A stretch of DNA of 64,000 bases from Cetorhinus maximus (lineage: Eukaryota). The first letter of the stretch is position 1; each line of letters starts with the position of its first letter. A program made the position numbers and the translations under genes. This document shows, one piece after another, positions 10,460 through 22,921 of the stretch. A model generated the notes under the pieces. It was not told the DNA's origin. It ran no database searches and saw only the letters and a list, made by a program, of their open reading frames with translations. The stretch spans positions 62,001 to 126,000 of the forward strand of contig NW_027596304.1 of NCBI RefSeq assembly GCF_964194155.1, read 5' to 3'.

Positions 10460-13400
10460 GTTAATTGGATGTTGGCGTCGCTTTCTTGGTCAAAATTTTT
10501 TGCCCAACTCTAATTGCACTTGAGGAGGTGGTGCTGAGCAGCCTTCTCGAACCGCCGGAGTCCCTGAGGTACAGAGGCACCCAAAGTGCTGTTACGGAGC
10601 AAGTTCCAGGATTTTGACTCAGCGACAGGGAAGGAACAGCGATAAGTTTCCAAAACGGGATTGTGAGTGACTTGAGGGGAACTTCCAGGTGGTGGTGTTC
10701 CAATGTGTCTGCTCCCCTTGTCCATCTACATGATAATGGCCGTGGGCTTGGAAGGTGTTGACTAAGGAGGCTCAGTGAATTCCTGCAGTGCACCTTGTAC
10801 ATCGTACACACTGCTGCTACTGTGGGTCGGTGGTAGAGGAAGTTAATGTTTGTGGATGTGGTGCCAATCAAGAGCGCTGCTATGTCCTAGATTTGCTCAA
10901 GCTTCCTGACTGTTGTTGGAGCTCTACTTATGTTGGCAAGTGGAGAGTATTCCATCACACTCCTGAATTGTGCCTTGTAGATGGTGGACAGGCCTTCTGT
11001 AGACAAGAGCTGAGTTACAATCCGCAGAATTCTGAACTATGACATGCTGTTATAGCTACAGCATTTATATGGCTTGTCCAGTTCAGTTTCTGGTCAATGG
11101 TAACCCCCAGGATGTTGATAGTGTTAGACGCCTTTGAATGACAAGAGGCAATGGTTGTATTCGCTCTTCTTGGAGATTGGCATTGCCTGGCACATGCGTT
11201 GCGTGAATGTCACTTGCCAGTTGTCAGTGGTATGATCCGTGGTGATGTTCCTACGGGAAAAGTCTGATCCCAGGGTGGTACCCAGCTTGAGAGATCTTAA
11301 GTTTGATTTTTTGTTTAGATGCGTGGAGAGTGTCGACTGAACAGAGTTACAGGAGACAGCTGATCGGTTTTTAACAATGAATAAAACATTTATTAAACTT
11401 GAAAAGATGATAAGTCCTTCACCATAAGTGTGCCTTTCCAGATATATACAGATTTACAAAGAAAGCAGATGTTAGAACATCTATCTTATACAATAATATT
11501 CACAGTCGTTACACAGTCCATGCAAAGCAATCTGCGACTTGTGGTAATGCATACAACACCCTGAAACCAAGTGTCTGGTTCCATTCCGAACAGATGCTAT
11601 AGATACCTGACATCTCCCCCCAATCGCTTTTCAAATATTGAGCCAACCGGTCTCATTGAGCTCCGTCTTTCACACGAGGCTTCCCAACCTCCACTCTCCA
11701 AGAACACATTTGGAATATTCTCGCAAACCATGCTTTCTCTCAAACGCCTTCCATTAACGGTCCATCTACAGGGCTCCGAGCTCTCCTGGATCGCCACGTG
11801 CATTCAAGCTTCCAGCCATGCATTCGCTCTCCCTGTTTCAGCCATGCCAAAAGAACACCATTGCTTCACACGCCCATAGCAAGGCGTTACAGAACTCGAG
11901 CTGTCTCCTTGGACCTTCTGCATTATTGCAAGCCAAACTTGCTTTAAATCTGCATGCTGAAACATCTCCCTTGAAATGTGAAACCTTTCTCTGCTTCTCA
12001 CTCCCAAAACTACCTAACAGGACCTTGTCCAGATTCCTGTTTGCTTCTTTTGATTAGTAGATCTTCATCAGACCACTCATCTTCTCTTTCTGAAGTTCCC
12101 TCCTGTACAGCTTCTCCTGCCAGCTGGTTTCAAATTTAGTTTCGGACTTGCTACCAGCCCCTCTCCAAGGCTCCTTCTCCTGGCAAGTCCTTTCAGCCTT
12201 AGAACACCCACACCAAATGAACTCAAACTGCTTTCGGTTTAGACCTGTGTTTATGTGTTTGTGTGCGCGTGCGTGTACATATGTGTGTGTGTGTCTGTGT
12301 GTATGTGTGTGTTTGTGGCCACCCTATCTGGAACCCGGTTGTAAGGAAACAGCAAAGTTTTTGTACTTAACCTTCCCTAAACTACTACCCCACTTGATAA
12401 CACAGCTCTGCACCTCAAGGATCATAAACATCTTTGAAAATGCAGGCACACAAACCGAGCTTACACTTACAGTCGCCTCTGGAAAATGTAACGACATGCC
12501 AGGTTTCACCATTTTAACCCACACATCGAGAAAAAAAAAACTTGCTTGAAAATTAAAGCAAAAAATATTGCCTAAACCAACAAATGTAAATATAACTTAC
12601 TTAAACTCCCTCGTTCCTAACATCTGCTCAAGCTTGGATATTGTCCAGGTGTTGCTGCATTTGGACATGGGCTGCTTCAGTGCCTGAGGAGTCGCGAATG
12701 GTGCTGAACATTGTGCAATCATCAGCGAACATCGCAACTTATGACCTTATGATGGAGGGAAGGTCATTGATGAGCAGCTGAAGATGCTAGGCTGAGGACT
12801 CTACCCTGAACATCTCCTGCAATGATGCCCTGGGACTGAGATGTTGGACCTCTAACAGTCACAACCATCTTCCTTTGTGCTATTTATGACTCCAACCAGC
12901 GTAGCGAATTCCCCACTGATTCCCATTGATTCCAGATATGTTAGGGCCCCTTGATGTCACACTCAGTCAAACGCTGCCTTGATGTCAAGGACATTCACTC
13001 TCACCTCACATTTTGAATTACGTTATTGTGTCCATGTTTGAACCAAGAGTGTAATGACGTCAGAAGCAGAGCGGACCTGGCAGGACCCCAAATGGGCGTC
13101 AGTGAGCAGGTTAATGCTAAGTAGGTGCCGCATGATAGCGCTGTTGATAGCCCCTTCCGTTACTTTAATGAATATCGAGAATAGGCTGATGGGGAAGTAA
13201 TTGGCCAGGATGGATTTATCCTGTTTTTTGTGCACAGAAAATGCCTGGGCATATTTCCACATTGGCAGTAAGTTGCGAGTGTTTTACATCTACTGGAACA
13301 GTTCGGCGAGTGCCGCAGAATATTCTGGAGCTCATGTCTTCAGTGTAATTGTCAGAATATCGTCACGGTGCATAATCTTTTCATTATGTATGCCTTCAGC

Positions 13401-14640
13401 CAGTTCTTCATAACACGTGGAGTAAATGGATTTGGCTGAAAACTGGCATCTCTGACGCTGTGGAACCCCGGAGGAGGTCGAGCTAGGTCATTCACTTGGC
13501 ACTTCTGGCTGAAGATTGTTGCTTATGTTTCAGCTTTATGTTTTGCACTGATGTGCTGGGCTCCTCCTTCATTGTGGATGGGGATATTACTGGAGCCCCC
13601 ACATCCACCGCCATTCACGAATGCTTGTGGCATGACTGCAGAGATTAGATCTAATTCTTTGGTTGTGAGATCTTGCTGCTTATGCAAGTTTGACATGCAA
13701 GTAGTCCTGCGTTATAGCATCAACAGGCTGACACCTTTTTTCAGATATGCCTGCCGCTGCTCCTGGCATGTCCTTCTGCACACTTCATTGTACCATGGTT
13801 GACCCCCTGGCTTGATGGTAATGGTAGAATTGGGTAGATGCCGGGCCGTGAGGTTACAGATTGTGTTCCAGGACAAATCCGCTGCTGCTCATGACCCTCA
13901 GTGCCTCATGGACGCCCAGCCTCAAGTTGCTGGATCTGTTCGAAACCTATCCCATTCAGCACGTTGGTAGTGCCACACAGCACGATGGAGGGTATCCTCA
14001 ATATGAAGGTGGGACTTGGTCACCAAAATGACTGTGCGGTGGTGACTCCTACCAATACTGTCATGGACAGATGCATCTGCGGCAGTCAGATTGGTGAGGA
14101 TGAGGTGGAGCATGTTTTCTTCCTCCTGTTGGTTCCCTCACCACCTAACGCAGACACCGCTATGTCCTTTAGTATTCGGCCAGCTCAGTCAGTAGAGGTA
14201 CTAACGAGTCACTCTTTGTGATGGACATTGAAGTCCCCCACCCAGAGTAAATTCTGCGCCCTTTTACTCTCATCAGCTGAGGGACGGCGCTCCGTGGTAA
14301 TCAGCAGGATGTTTCCTTGCCCGTGTTTCATCTGATGCCATGAGATTTCATGGAGCCCGGACTTCATGTGGTGCTCACCCACCGCAACTCCCTCCTAACT
14401 ATTTACTCTGTGGCCCTGCCTCTGCGGTGGGACTGTCATGCCAGTGGAACAGGGGATACTCAGGGATGTTGATGGTGGTGTCTGGGACATTTTCTCTCTG
14501 TATGATTCCGGTAGGATAAATATGTCAGGCTGTTGCTTGACCTGCCTGTGAGACAGCTCCTCCCCGGCCTCCATGTTAGTGAAGAGGATTTTGCAGGGTC
14601 GACAGAATTACATTTCTTATTGTCATTTCCAGTGCCTTGG
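10460..14640 (-). mobile_element. LINE (L2/CR1 supergroup), ~2.8 kb, split by an LTR insertion at 11228-12622
   Basis: Degenerate RT motifs on the minus strand (QG-VL..IFSC-INDLPSIIRS..MFADDCTMF at ~12700-12820) and a 3' tail at 10460-10560. Sequence is contiguous across the insertion when compared with the copy at 30510-30550. Confidence 0.82.
11228..12622 (-). mobile_element. Solo LTR (~1395 bp), probably Gypsy-type
   Basis: TG...CA termini (minus strand TGTTAGGAAC...GGATCATACCA), imperfect 4-bp target duplication TCAG/TCTG (11224-11227 and 12623-12626), AATAAA on the minus strand near 11390, precise interruption of a LINE, internal (GT)n at ~12250-12315. Confidence 0.72.
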
Positions 14641-14759
14641 TCGATGCCTGGTGATTTCTCCGGTCTCATTCCTTTTGTAATTTTTCGTGTTTTGAAGCAA
14701 CTTAGTGCCATCGCTGTGGATCTGGAGTTCGATAATTTCCCACAGGTAAGAACCTCGGA

Positions 14760-14961
14760 TTCCTTTGACCAAAAGGGGATTAGTTAACCAGATGGATTTG
14801 TACCACAATCGACGATGGCTTCAACAGTGATCTGTAGACTTTTATTTCCAGATTTATAATAAATTCAAATTCGAGTGGAATCCGAATCCGTGTCTCCAGA
14901 TCATTACCATGGGTCTCTGGGTGACTCGTCTGGCGACGACGCCTCTTTGCCAACACCTCCC
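14760..14961 (-). mobile_element. tRNA-derived SINE fragment (SacSINE1-like)
   Basis: Minus strand cccagagacccatggtaatgatctggagacacggattcggattcc...gaatttgaatt..aaatctggaa resembles the recalled shark SINE head. Confidence 0.5.
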
Positions 14962-15169
14962 ACATGGTATGCTGAAATTTACAGAGTCCTGTGGTGGCTT
15001 TCTGCATGTAATATTTTTACACGATGACATTGATACAGTTCAGCATGAGCCTGTTTTCAGAACAGTTCTAAACTCGAGGGTCAATAGACTAATCCAGGTG
15101 GGATCTCACCAAAGCCCTTTCCCAGTCGCTTAGGGCCAGGCATCTGGAAATTGTTGACATTGATATGAC

Positions 15170-16630
15170 GCCTCCTCGTAACCATGAGCGCCCAATCCCT
15201 CTACACATCATTTCCCCACCAGGATGGTCTGAGGGATCTCCGCTTCGTCCATGAACAGAGGCCCAAAAAATCAACATCCACCACCTCTCTCCTCCCCCTG
15301 GCTGAACGTGTTCCATCACTGAAAAAATTCTCCTTTAACTTATCCCTCGCCCACCAAACAAAAGGTATGGCTGCGGGCAACAACACGGTCACTAGTTATG
15401 CCTGTTTATTCATGAGTAATGTGGAACAGTCCTTGTTGCTGTCCTACTCACTCCACACCCTACTGAGAAAGCTTTTTTAGGTATATCGATGACTGAATTG
15501 GTGGTGCTGCATGCTCTTGTCTGGACCGGGAAAGATGTATCAATTCTGCTTCAAATTTCGGCCCCTCTATCAGCTTCATATGGTATATCTCCGACAGTTC
15601 CCTTACCATCCTTGACGTCTCTGCTTCCAATTCTGTTGATGGATTGCCCAGTAATGTTCATTACAAGTTCACCAGGCCATACAGCTACCTCGACTACATC
15701 TCCTCACACCCCGCTTCCTGTAAGGACTCCATCTCATTCTCTCAGTTTGCATGTGTTCGGATGACGCCATTTTCCAAATCGCTTCTGACATGTCTTCCAT
15801 CTTCCTTAACCGAGGTTCTCCCCTCCCCCACAATGCTTGCCAAGGTCCTCAACTGTGTCTGACCAATCTCCCCCGCCTAGGCCCTCAACGGTTTCCCTCC
15901 CACCCTGAAGAATGATTGGGCCCCCCTTGACCTAATTTTACACCCCAACAACCTCTGCATTCAACCCATCATCCACTACCATTTCCGTCTATTCCAACAT
16001 GATGCCACCACCAAACACATCTTCCTCTCAACCCCTCCATCAGAATTCCGTCGTAACCGCTCCCTCCACGCCTCCATGACCCCCAACACCTCATCCCCTT
16101 CCCACGGCACCTTCACATGCAATCACAGAAGGTGCAACACCTGCCCATTTACCTCATCCTTCCTCACCGTCCTAGGGCTCAAACAATCCTTTCAGGTGAA
16201 CCAGTGCTTCACTTGCACTTCCTTCAATTTTGTCCTCAGCATTCGCTGCTCCAAGTTCGGACTCCTCTATGATTGGGAGACTAAAGGAGAATTGGGTGAC
16301 CTCTTTTTGGAGCACATTGGGTCTGTCTGCAAGCATGACCCAGACCTCCTTGCCGCTTCCCATTTCAACACTCCATCCTGATCTCAGCCCACATGTCCGT
16401 CTTCGGCCTGCTGCAATGTTCCAGTGAAGCCCAATGCAAACTGGAGGAACAGCGCCTCATCTTCCGACTGGGAACTTTACAGCCTTCCGGACATTAGATT
16501 GAGTTCAACAACTTCAGACCATGAGCTCTCTCCTCTATCCTCACCACATTTTAAACCCTTTCTCTCGATTCTTTTTTTTACCCACTTAGTTTTATTTATT
16601 CTTAATTTGATTCATTTATTATCCCCATTT
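15170..16630 (+). mobile_element. Penelope-like retroelement fragment (RT and GIY-YIG endonuclease), degenerate
   Basis: QSLYTSFPHQDGLR...FSFN...KGMAAG...SYACLFM (Penelope RT) and GTFTCNHRRCNTCPF...FTCTS...IRCSKFGLLY.WETK...LGD.F.EH (Zn linker and GIY-YIG), with frameshifts. Confidence 0.88.
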
Positions 16631-16769
16631 TAAATCCCTCTATCTGCCCTAATTCCTTTCCAAGTCTAAGTGAATGATTCAACGTTCGAATGTATAAATC
16701 TCTGTTCCTTAGTGAGGCATTCTACCCTTTGATAGGATAATGAAAGTTAAAGAGGGCAGTCACGCCCCT

Positions 16770-17121
16770 GAGAGAATGAGAGAGTGAGATACAAAGAGGA
16801 AGAGACAAAAGCAAGAGAGAGAAAGTGAGACAAGAAAGGCAGGAGAGAGAGAAAGGAGGGATGGTGTGGGAGAGTGAGTGAGAGAGAGAGAAGGACCGAG
16901 AGATATGGAGAGTGAGAGACAGAGTGAGGCAATGAGAGAGAAAGAGAAATAGAGAATGGGAGGGAGAGGAGAGAGAGTGGAGTGAGAGAGAGAAGAGTGA
17001 GAGACAAGAAGAGGAAGGCAGAGATTGAAACAATGAGAGAGAGACAGAGAGAGGAATGGAGGTACTGAGAGAGAGAGACAAGAAGAGTGAGACAAGAGGA
17101 GAGAGAGGGAGAGAGAGAGAC
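16770..17121. repeat. (GA)-rich degenerate microsatellite
   Basis: Nearly pure purine gagagaga/gagacaaga tract. Confidence 0.9.
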
Positions 17122-17500
17122 TCGATTAATTGCAATTCAATGATTTAATAACCACAGCATTGGGATCAGCAGTTAGGAGACAATTTTAGAAGTTGTGTTT
17201 GGACTGATGTTTCCTATTTTTGAGTGAACAGAGTCAATGCTGGGCGAACGAAACTTGTTAGCTCATGATGTGTTCAGAATTATCCAGTGAAATCCCAGCG
17301 CTAAATATAGACTGTACAGCAGGGAATTAAATCACTTTCGAAAACCTGTTTGTTCAAGTTTAAAACAAATAAGCTGCAACTTCAAATTCCCGGAGGTGTT
17401 CATACAGAATATTGATTAAAGGCTTTGCGAATGTATCGCCCCACAGTTTAATACAGCGAGATTGTCACGAGACGAAGGGACAAATCACTTCAGTGAGAAT

Positions 17501-17567
17501 ATGATTGAACAGTTTAACAGTTTTAGAAAAATATATTACCTGATCTTGGCAATAATTGGTGTACCCG
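17501..17567 (+). CDS. GPR139-like GPCR gene 3, exon 1 (absent from the ORF track)
   Basis: ATG at 17501 gives MIEQFNSFRKIYYLILAIIGVP + 1 nt, then donor G|GTAAGT at 17568. Same YY..LA..GVP ending and phase-1 intron as gene 1. Confidence 0.88.
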
Positions 17568-18279
17568 GTAAGTGAATATAAACATTTAATGTCTGTGAAG
17601 ATGTACGTGAGCTCATTTGTGATTTTATTCTGCTACTCATAATATTACATATATGGTGGATCTATATGGGCAGTCGATCAGTCGTAGCATTTTCTACAGT
17701 CAAATACCCTGAATTATCTCTACCGATTCATTATATTGCACCAACTGAAGATCAAGTTCTGCTTATAACTTGCATAGAAACGGTAATATCAAGTTATATT
17801 CTCCAGTGGAACATAATGTTCTATTATCTGTAAGTGTACAGTTGTACTGAGTGTGGTTAACTAGCTGAAATGGAACACCCAGCCACAGTGCCTATGGGTG
17901 TCTGGGAATATGTGATAGTGCAAAACTACAGAGGCTGTGGGTCACTAACCCGTGGAATGAGGAGCTGAGGAAGGGATACCCAGTGACCATGTATTACCGG
18001 GAGTAATTGTTAGGGTAGACATATGCTGAATTTGGTTCAATGACCGGCATGAAACAAACTGCTTTGGTTGTGAATGCTTGTTTAGGATGACGGGTCTCTC
18101 CATTTCATATAGCTGTCGCTTTTGTCTTTACGGATGTCACCTTTAAACGATGGGTGGATTATTGTTGTGTCTTGTGTAAGTGTAAGTGTATACAGTGAAA
18201 ATTATTGATGTGGATCGGTCGCCGATTCAATTGCTCCACGAGAAAGAGATATTTACTGTCAGTTTAACAGGAGAGCAAA

Positions 18280-19145
18280 ACAGACTAATGAATAAGGTCA
18301 TAAAATGTGGCGTCAAGGGAGAAGTGGCCGAATGGATTGCTCGCTGTATTGAGGACAGAAAGCAGACAGGAGGAATAAAGGGTCTTTATTCAGAGTGGAA
18401 GAAGGTGGGAAGTGGTGTTCCAGAAGGATCAGTACTGTGATCAGTGCTCTTCAAAATGCATTAATGAGTTAAATTTTGTAATCAAAACACAATGTCGATT
18501 ATTACAGATGAGACCTGCTTGAGACAGGGTGTGGTCAATACTGAGGAGGATTGCAAAAGTAGATCATTTATGATAAATCTGCATCAGACCTTAGCCAGAG
18601 CACATATTGAATACTGGATAAAGTTCAGTTCAGGTATTATAGAGCCAAGGGTACGGAGACACTGCCGAGGGTGGAGAGACTGTATACATCGATCATGTCA
18701 AACATACGTGGGTATAAATACCAGGAACGGATTGACAGGCTGTGACTTTATCTCTTGAAAATGGAAGGCTGAGGGGTGAGCTAATTAGAAATGTAAAATG
18801 AAGAAAGGATTTGATAGGGTGGACACAGAAAGAATATTTGTTCCTGTGAGGAGGGGCATAAATGGAGGCCATCGTTTTGAGAGGATTACCAATAAAGCCG
18901 ATAGGGAGTTCAGAGGGAACTGTTTCATCCAAAGAGCGGTGAGAATGTGCAACTCGCTACCACGCAGAGTGTGTTGTGAATCCTTTAGATTCATTTAAGG
19001 GAATATGAACAAGGAAGTGAGGGAAAAAGGAATAGAGTGTTACGTTGTCAGATTCAACTGATAAAATCTGGGCCGAGGCTCCAGTGGATCATCAACTTTG
19101 AAATGAGCTGCTTAGGTCGAATGGCCTGTTTCTGTTCTTTATATC
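18280..19145 (+). mobile_element. CR1-like LINE 3' fragment in gene 3 intron
   Basis: CGVKGEVAEWI...SGVPEGSVL, KGFDRVD...F.QRAVRMCNSLP, and 3' end ggtcgaatggcctgtttctg. Confidence 0.8.
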
Positions 19146-19352
19146 CGACCAATCATGTTTAATGCTTCCCCGTCTGAACTCGGGATTTCACAGGGTGGGG
19201 ATGGGTTGGGTAGGGATTTGGAGTTTTAATTTCAAAGTTTAGCCTCTGACAGGGTCCAAAATGATCTATTTTGTTGGTTGAATATTGGCCTTATTGAGTG
19301 TGAATGTTTGATCAGTTAATTTCCAGTCGCTTTACCCTTCTCCCTCTTACAG

Positions 19353-20263
19353 TTAATTCACTGGCGACTGTGATATTAACCCGGGGAAAGTGTGGCCTCT
19401 CCAACTGCACCACCCGCTTTCTGGTGGCCATGGCAACGGCGGACCTACTGGTCATTATCACTGAGGTCATCATGTGGAGGGTAACTTATTATTATTTTGG
19501 ACAGAGTTTCCTGCTCATCACCCCAGTGTATAGTGTTCTCGGTGTCCTGACTCGTGCAGCCACAGACTTTTCAGTCTGGTTCACCGTCACTTTCTCCTTT
19601 GACCGATTTGTGGCCATTTGTTGTCAGAAGCTGAAAACAAAATATTGCACCGAGAAAACTGCGGCTGTGGTTCTAGCATCAACCGGCATTCTGCACTGTT
19701 TAAAAAACATCCCGCACCACTTTACACAGGAACCTGGAGAGATAATCGACAATGTTCCGTGGTTCTGTTATCCAAAGCCAAGCTATTTTACTAACCCCGG
19801 GTGGGTGGGATTTGACTTGTTTGACACGGTTTTAACCCCATTGCTCCCATTCACTTTAATTCTGCTGCTCAACGCTCTGACAGTCAGACAAATTTTAGTG
19901 GCCAGTCGAGTCCGTAAGGGGCTGAGGGGTCAGAGCAAGGGTGAGAATCGCAGTGACCCAGAGATGGAGAACAGGAGGAAGTCTGTGATTTTACTCTTCA
20001 CCATCTCGGGCAGCTTCGGACTGCTGTGGTCGGTGTATGTTATAGATTGCTTATTTTATACCATTACGGAAACAGGTCCCAGTGATTACACAGATTCTGA
20101 ATATATATGTAAACAATTCCGAATGATGCTGCGGAGTTTAAGTTGCTGCACAAACACATTTATTTATGGGGTGACTCAGTCCAAGTTCAGAAAGCAGCTG
20201 AAGGATGCTTTGAAATATCCGCTAACATCATATATTCATTTGTTGAAGAATCAAAACAACTGA
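19353..20263 (+). CDS. GPR139-like GPCR gene 3, exon 2
   Basis: Acceptor ccttctccctcttacAG|TTAAT at 19351-19352. Open frame with FLVAMATAD, SVWFTVTFSFDRFVAICC, PWFC, DPEMENRRKS and CCTNTFIY. Spliced product is 325 aa. Confidence 0.88.
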
Positions 20264-20619
20264 AAATAGCCCAGAGGCGGCGTTCACAGTTTCCCGGCAA
20301 TAAATGGTCTATTTAACCACAAACGTCCAATCGGCACGGGCCACTAAGTCGCTGAGCCCTTGTGGGGAGTGAAGGCTCAGGAGCGGATGGAAAAGGGGCA
20401 GTAGATCGGTCAAATCATCCCCTTCTGGTGCAGGCACATGTACAGAAACCAAACTGTATTGTACTGAGTCGTCGCCGTACTTCCATAATAGCAGCTGTCC
20501 CAGATGTTGATTATGCATTGGGGAAAGCAATCCGGGAGCCCCGGCCAGCCACTAACAGGGACTTCATTCATGGGAACAGGAGGAGCTCATTCAGTCCGCG
20601 AGCCTGCGACTTTTAAAAA

Positions 20620-22921
20620 ATAACAACAAATTCAACAACCACAACATTGAAAAAAACAACAAATTCACCAACAACCTCAAGATTGAAAAACACCAACATA
20701 TTCAACAACAACCTCAGCTTTGAAAAACACCAACAACTACAACAAACTCAACATTGAATTACACCAACAAATTCAACAACTAAATCAACATTGAAAACCG
20801 CCAGCAAATTCAACAACAACCTCAACATTGAAAAATACCAACAAATTCAATCAAACTCAGCATTTAAAAACAACAACAAATTCAACAACAACCTCAACCT
20901 TGAAATACACCAACAAATTCAACAATATCTTCAACATTGAAAAACACCAACAAATTCAGCAACAACCTCAACTTTTGAAACAAAACACAACTGCATACTC
21001 AACAACAACCGCAACATTGAAAATCACCAAACAAATTAAACAAAATCAACATTATAAAACATCAACATGTTCAATAGCAACATCAAGATTGGAAAACACC
21101 AACAAATTTACCAACAACTTTAACTTTGAAACACACCAACAAAGTCAAAAAGATTGAAAACCACCAACAATTTCAACAGGAGCCTCAACATTGCAAAACT
21201 CCAAATAATTAATTAACAAACATAACATTGCAAAACACCAACAAATTCAATAGGAAGATTAGCATTGAAAAACACAAACAAATTCAACAACTATAACGTT
21301 GAGCATCACCAAGAAATTCCAGAACAATTTCCACATTGTAATAGAGCACACAATCAGCAACAACCTCAACTTTGTAAAAACTCTCACAAAGTCATCAACA
21401 ACTTCAACATTGAAAATCAGCAACAATCTGAACATTGAAACTCATCAACAACATAAACAATGTCAACATTGAATAACCCCAACAAATTCAAATACAACCT
21501 CAGCTTAGATCAAAAGCAACAAATTGAACCATAACTTCAACATTAATAAGCACCAAAAAATTCAATAACGTTAACATTGAAAACATCGACTAATTCAAGA
21601 ACAAGCTCAACATTGAAAAAGAGCAACAAATTCAACAACAGACTCAACATTGAGAACAACAACGACAAATTCAACAACGTCAACATTGAACATCACCAAC
21701 ATATTCAACAACAACCTGAATATTGTAGAACACTGACAAATTTTATAACTACTTCAACATTGAAAATCAGTAACATATTCAATAGCAGGAACAACATTGA
21801 AAAAAAAAAAATCAGCAAACATAACAACAAATTCACGTTTGAAAAACAACAGCAAAGTTAAAATGATTGTGAATCACCATCAAATTCATAAACAGAGTAA
21901 GAATTGAGAACCATCAACAAATTCAGCAATTGTTTGTTAAACGTTGAGGTTGTGTTTGAAAATGTTTGCACTTTTAGTTGATGACATTTTTGTTGAACTT
22001 GGTGTTTTTCCGCGCTGTTGTTGAATTTTTACATGTTTTTCAATGTTAACGTGAATTTGTAGGTGTTTTTCAATGACGAGGTTGCTCTAGAACGTGTTAA
22101 TGTTTTTCATTGTTAAGCTTGCTGAATTTGTTGATGTTTTTCATTGATGAAGTTGTTGTTGAATTTTTTGGTATTTAACAATGCAGAGGTTATTCATCGG
22201 TTTGTTCTTCATTTTCTATGGCGACGTGGTTTCTGAATTTACTGGTGTATTTCAATCTTGTTGAATTAGCTGGTGCATTTCAATGTTGAAGTTGTTGGTG
22301 AATTTGTTGATGTTCTACAATGTTGAGCTTCCTGCAGAGTATGTTGGTGATAATCAGTACGGAGTTTCTTTATGAATTTGCTGGGGTTTTTGAATGTTGT
22401 AGTTGTTGCTGAATTTGTTGGCGTTTCCAATGTTGAGTTGTTATTGAATTGATTGCTGTTTTCCAATGTTGGGTTTGTTATTCAAGTTGTTGGTGTTTCT
22501 CAATTTCGAGGTTGTTGTTCAATTTGTTGGTGTTTCTCATTTTTGAGGTTGTGGTTGAATTTCAATTTTGAATTTCAATTTCAAATGTTTTTCAATGTTT
22601 ACGAGCTTGTTGAATTTCTTGGTGTTTTCAATGTTGCTGCTGTTGAATTTCTGGGTGTTTTTCGATGTTTATGTTGCTGAATTTGTTTTGATATACAATG
22701 TAGAAGTTTTTTGCTGAATGTATACCTATTTGTCAATGTTGAGGTTGTTGTAGATTTGCTGGTGTTTCTTAATGTTGATGTTGTTGTTGAATTTCATTGA
22801 GTTTTTCAATGTTAAACCACTTATTGAATTTGTTGGTGCTTTGCAAGGCTAAACTTATTGTTGAATTTGTTCGTGTTTTTCAATGTTGAGTTTGTTAATT
22901 AATTAGTTGGTGTTTTGCAAT
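20620..22921. repeat. 37-bp AT-rich satellite (TTGAAAAACACCAACAAATTCAACAACAACCTCAACA) in two inverted arms
   Basis: A/C-rich units at 20620-21930 (period 37, e.g. 20683 to 20720) switch abruptly to their reverse complement at 21931-22921. Confidence 0.92.

Noticed and set aside
19304-19352. ORF-track N-terminus MFDQLISSRFTLLPLT for gene 3 (and the TTG start at 3906 for gene 1)
   Set aside because: For gene 3 this is intronic branch-point and polypyrimidine sequence, and for gene 1 the TTG is an internal codon. The real N-termini come from exon 1 at 17501 and 5940.
20620-22921. 33-37-bp repeats of CRISPR-like length
   Set aside because: Units are directly adjacent and degenerate with no unique spacers, there are no cas genes, and the context is eukaryotic.
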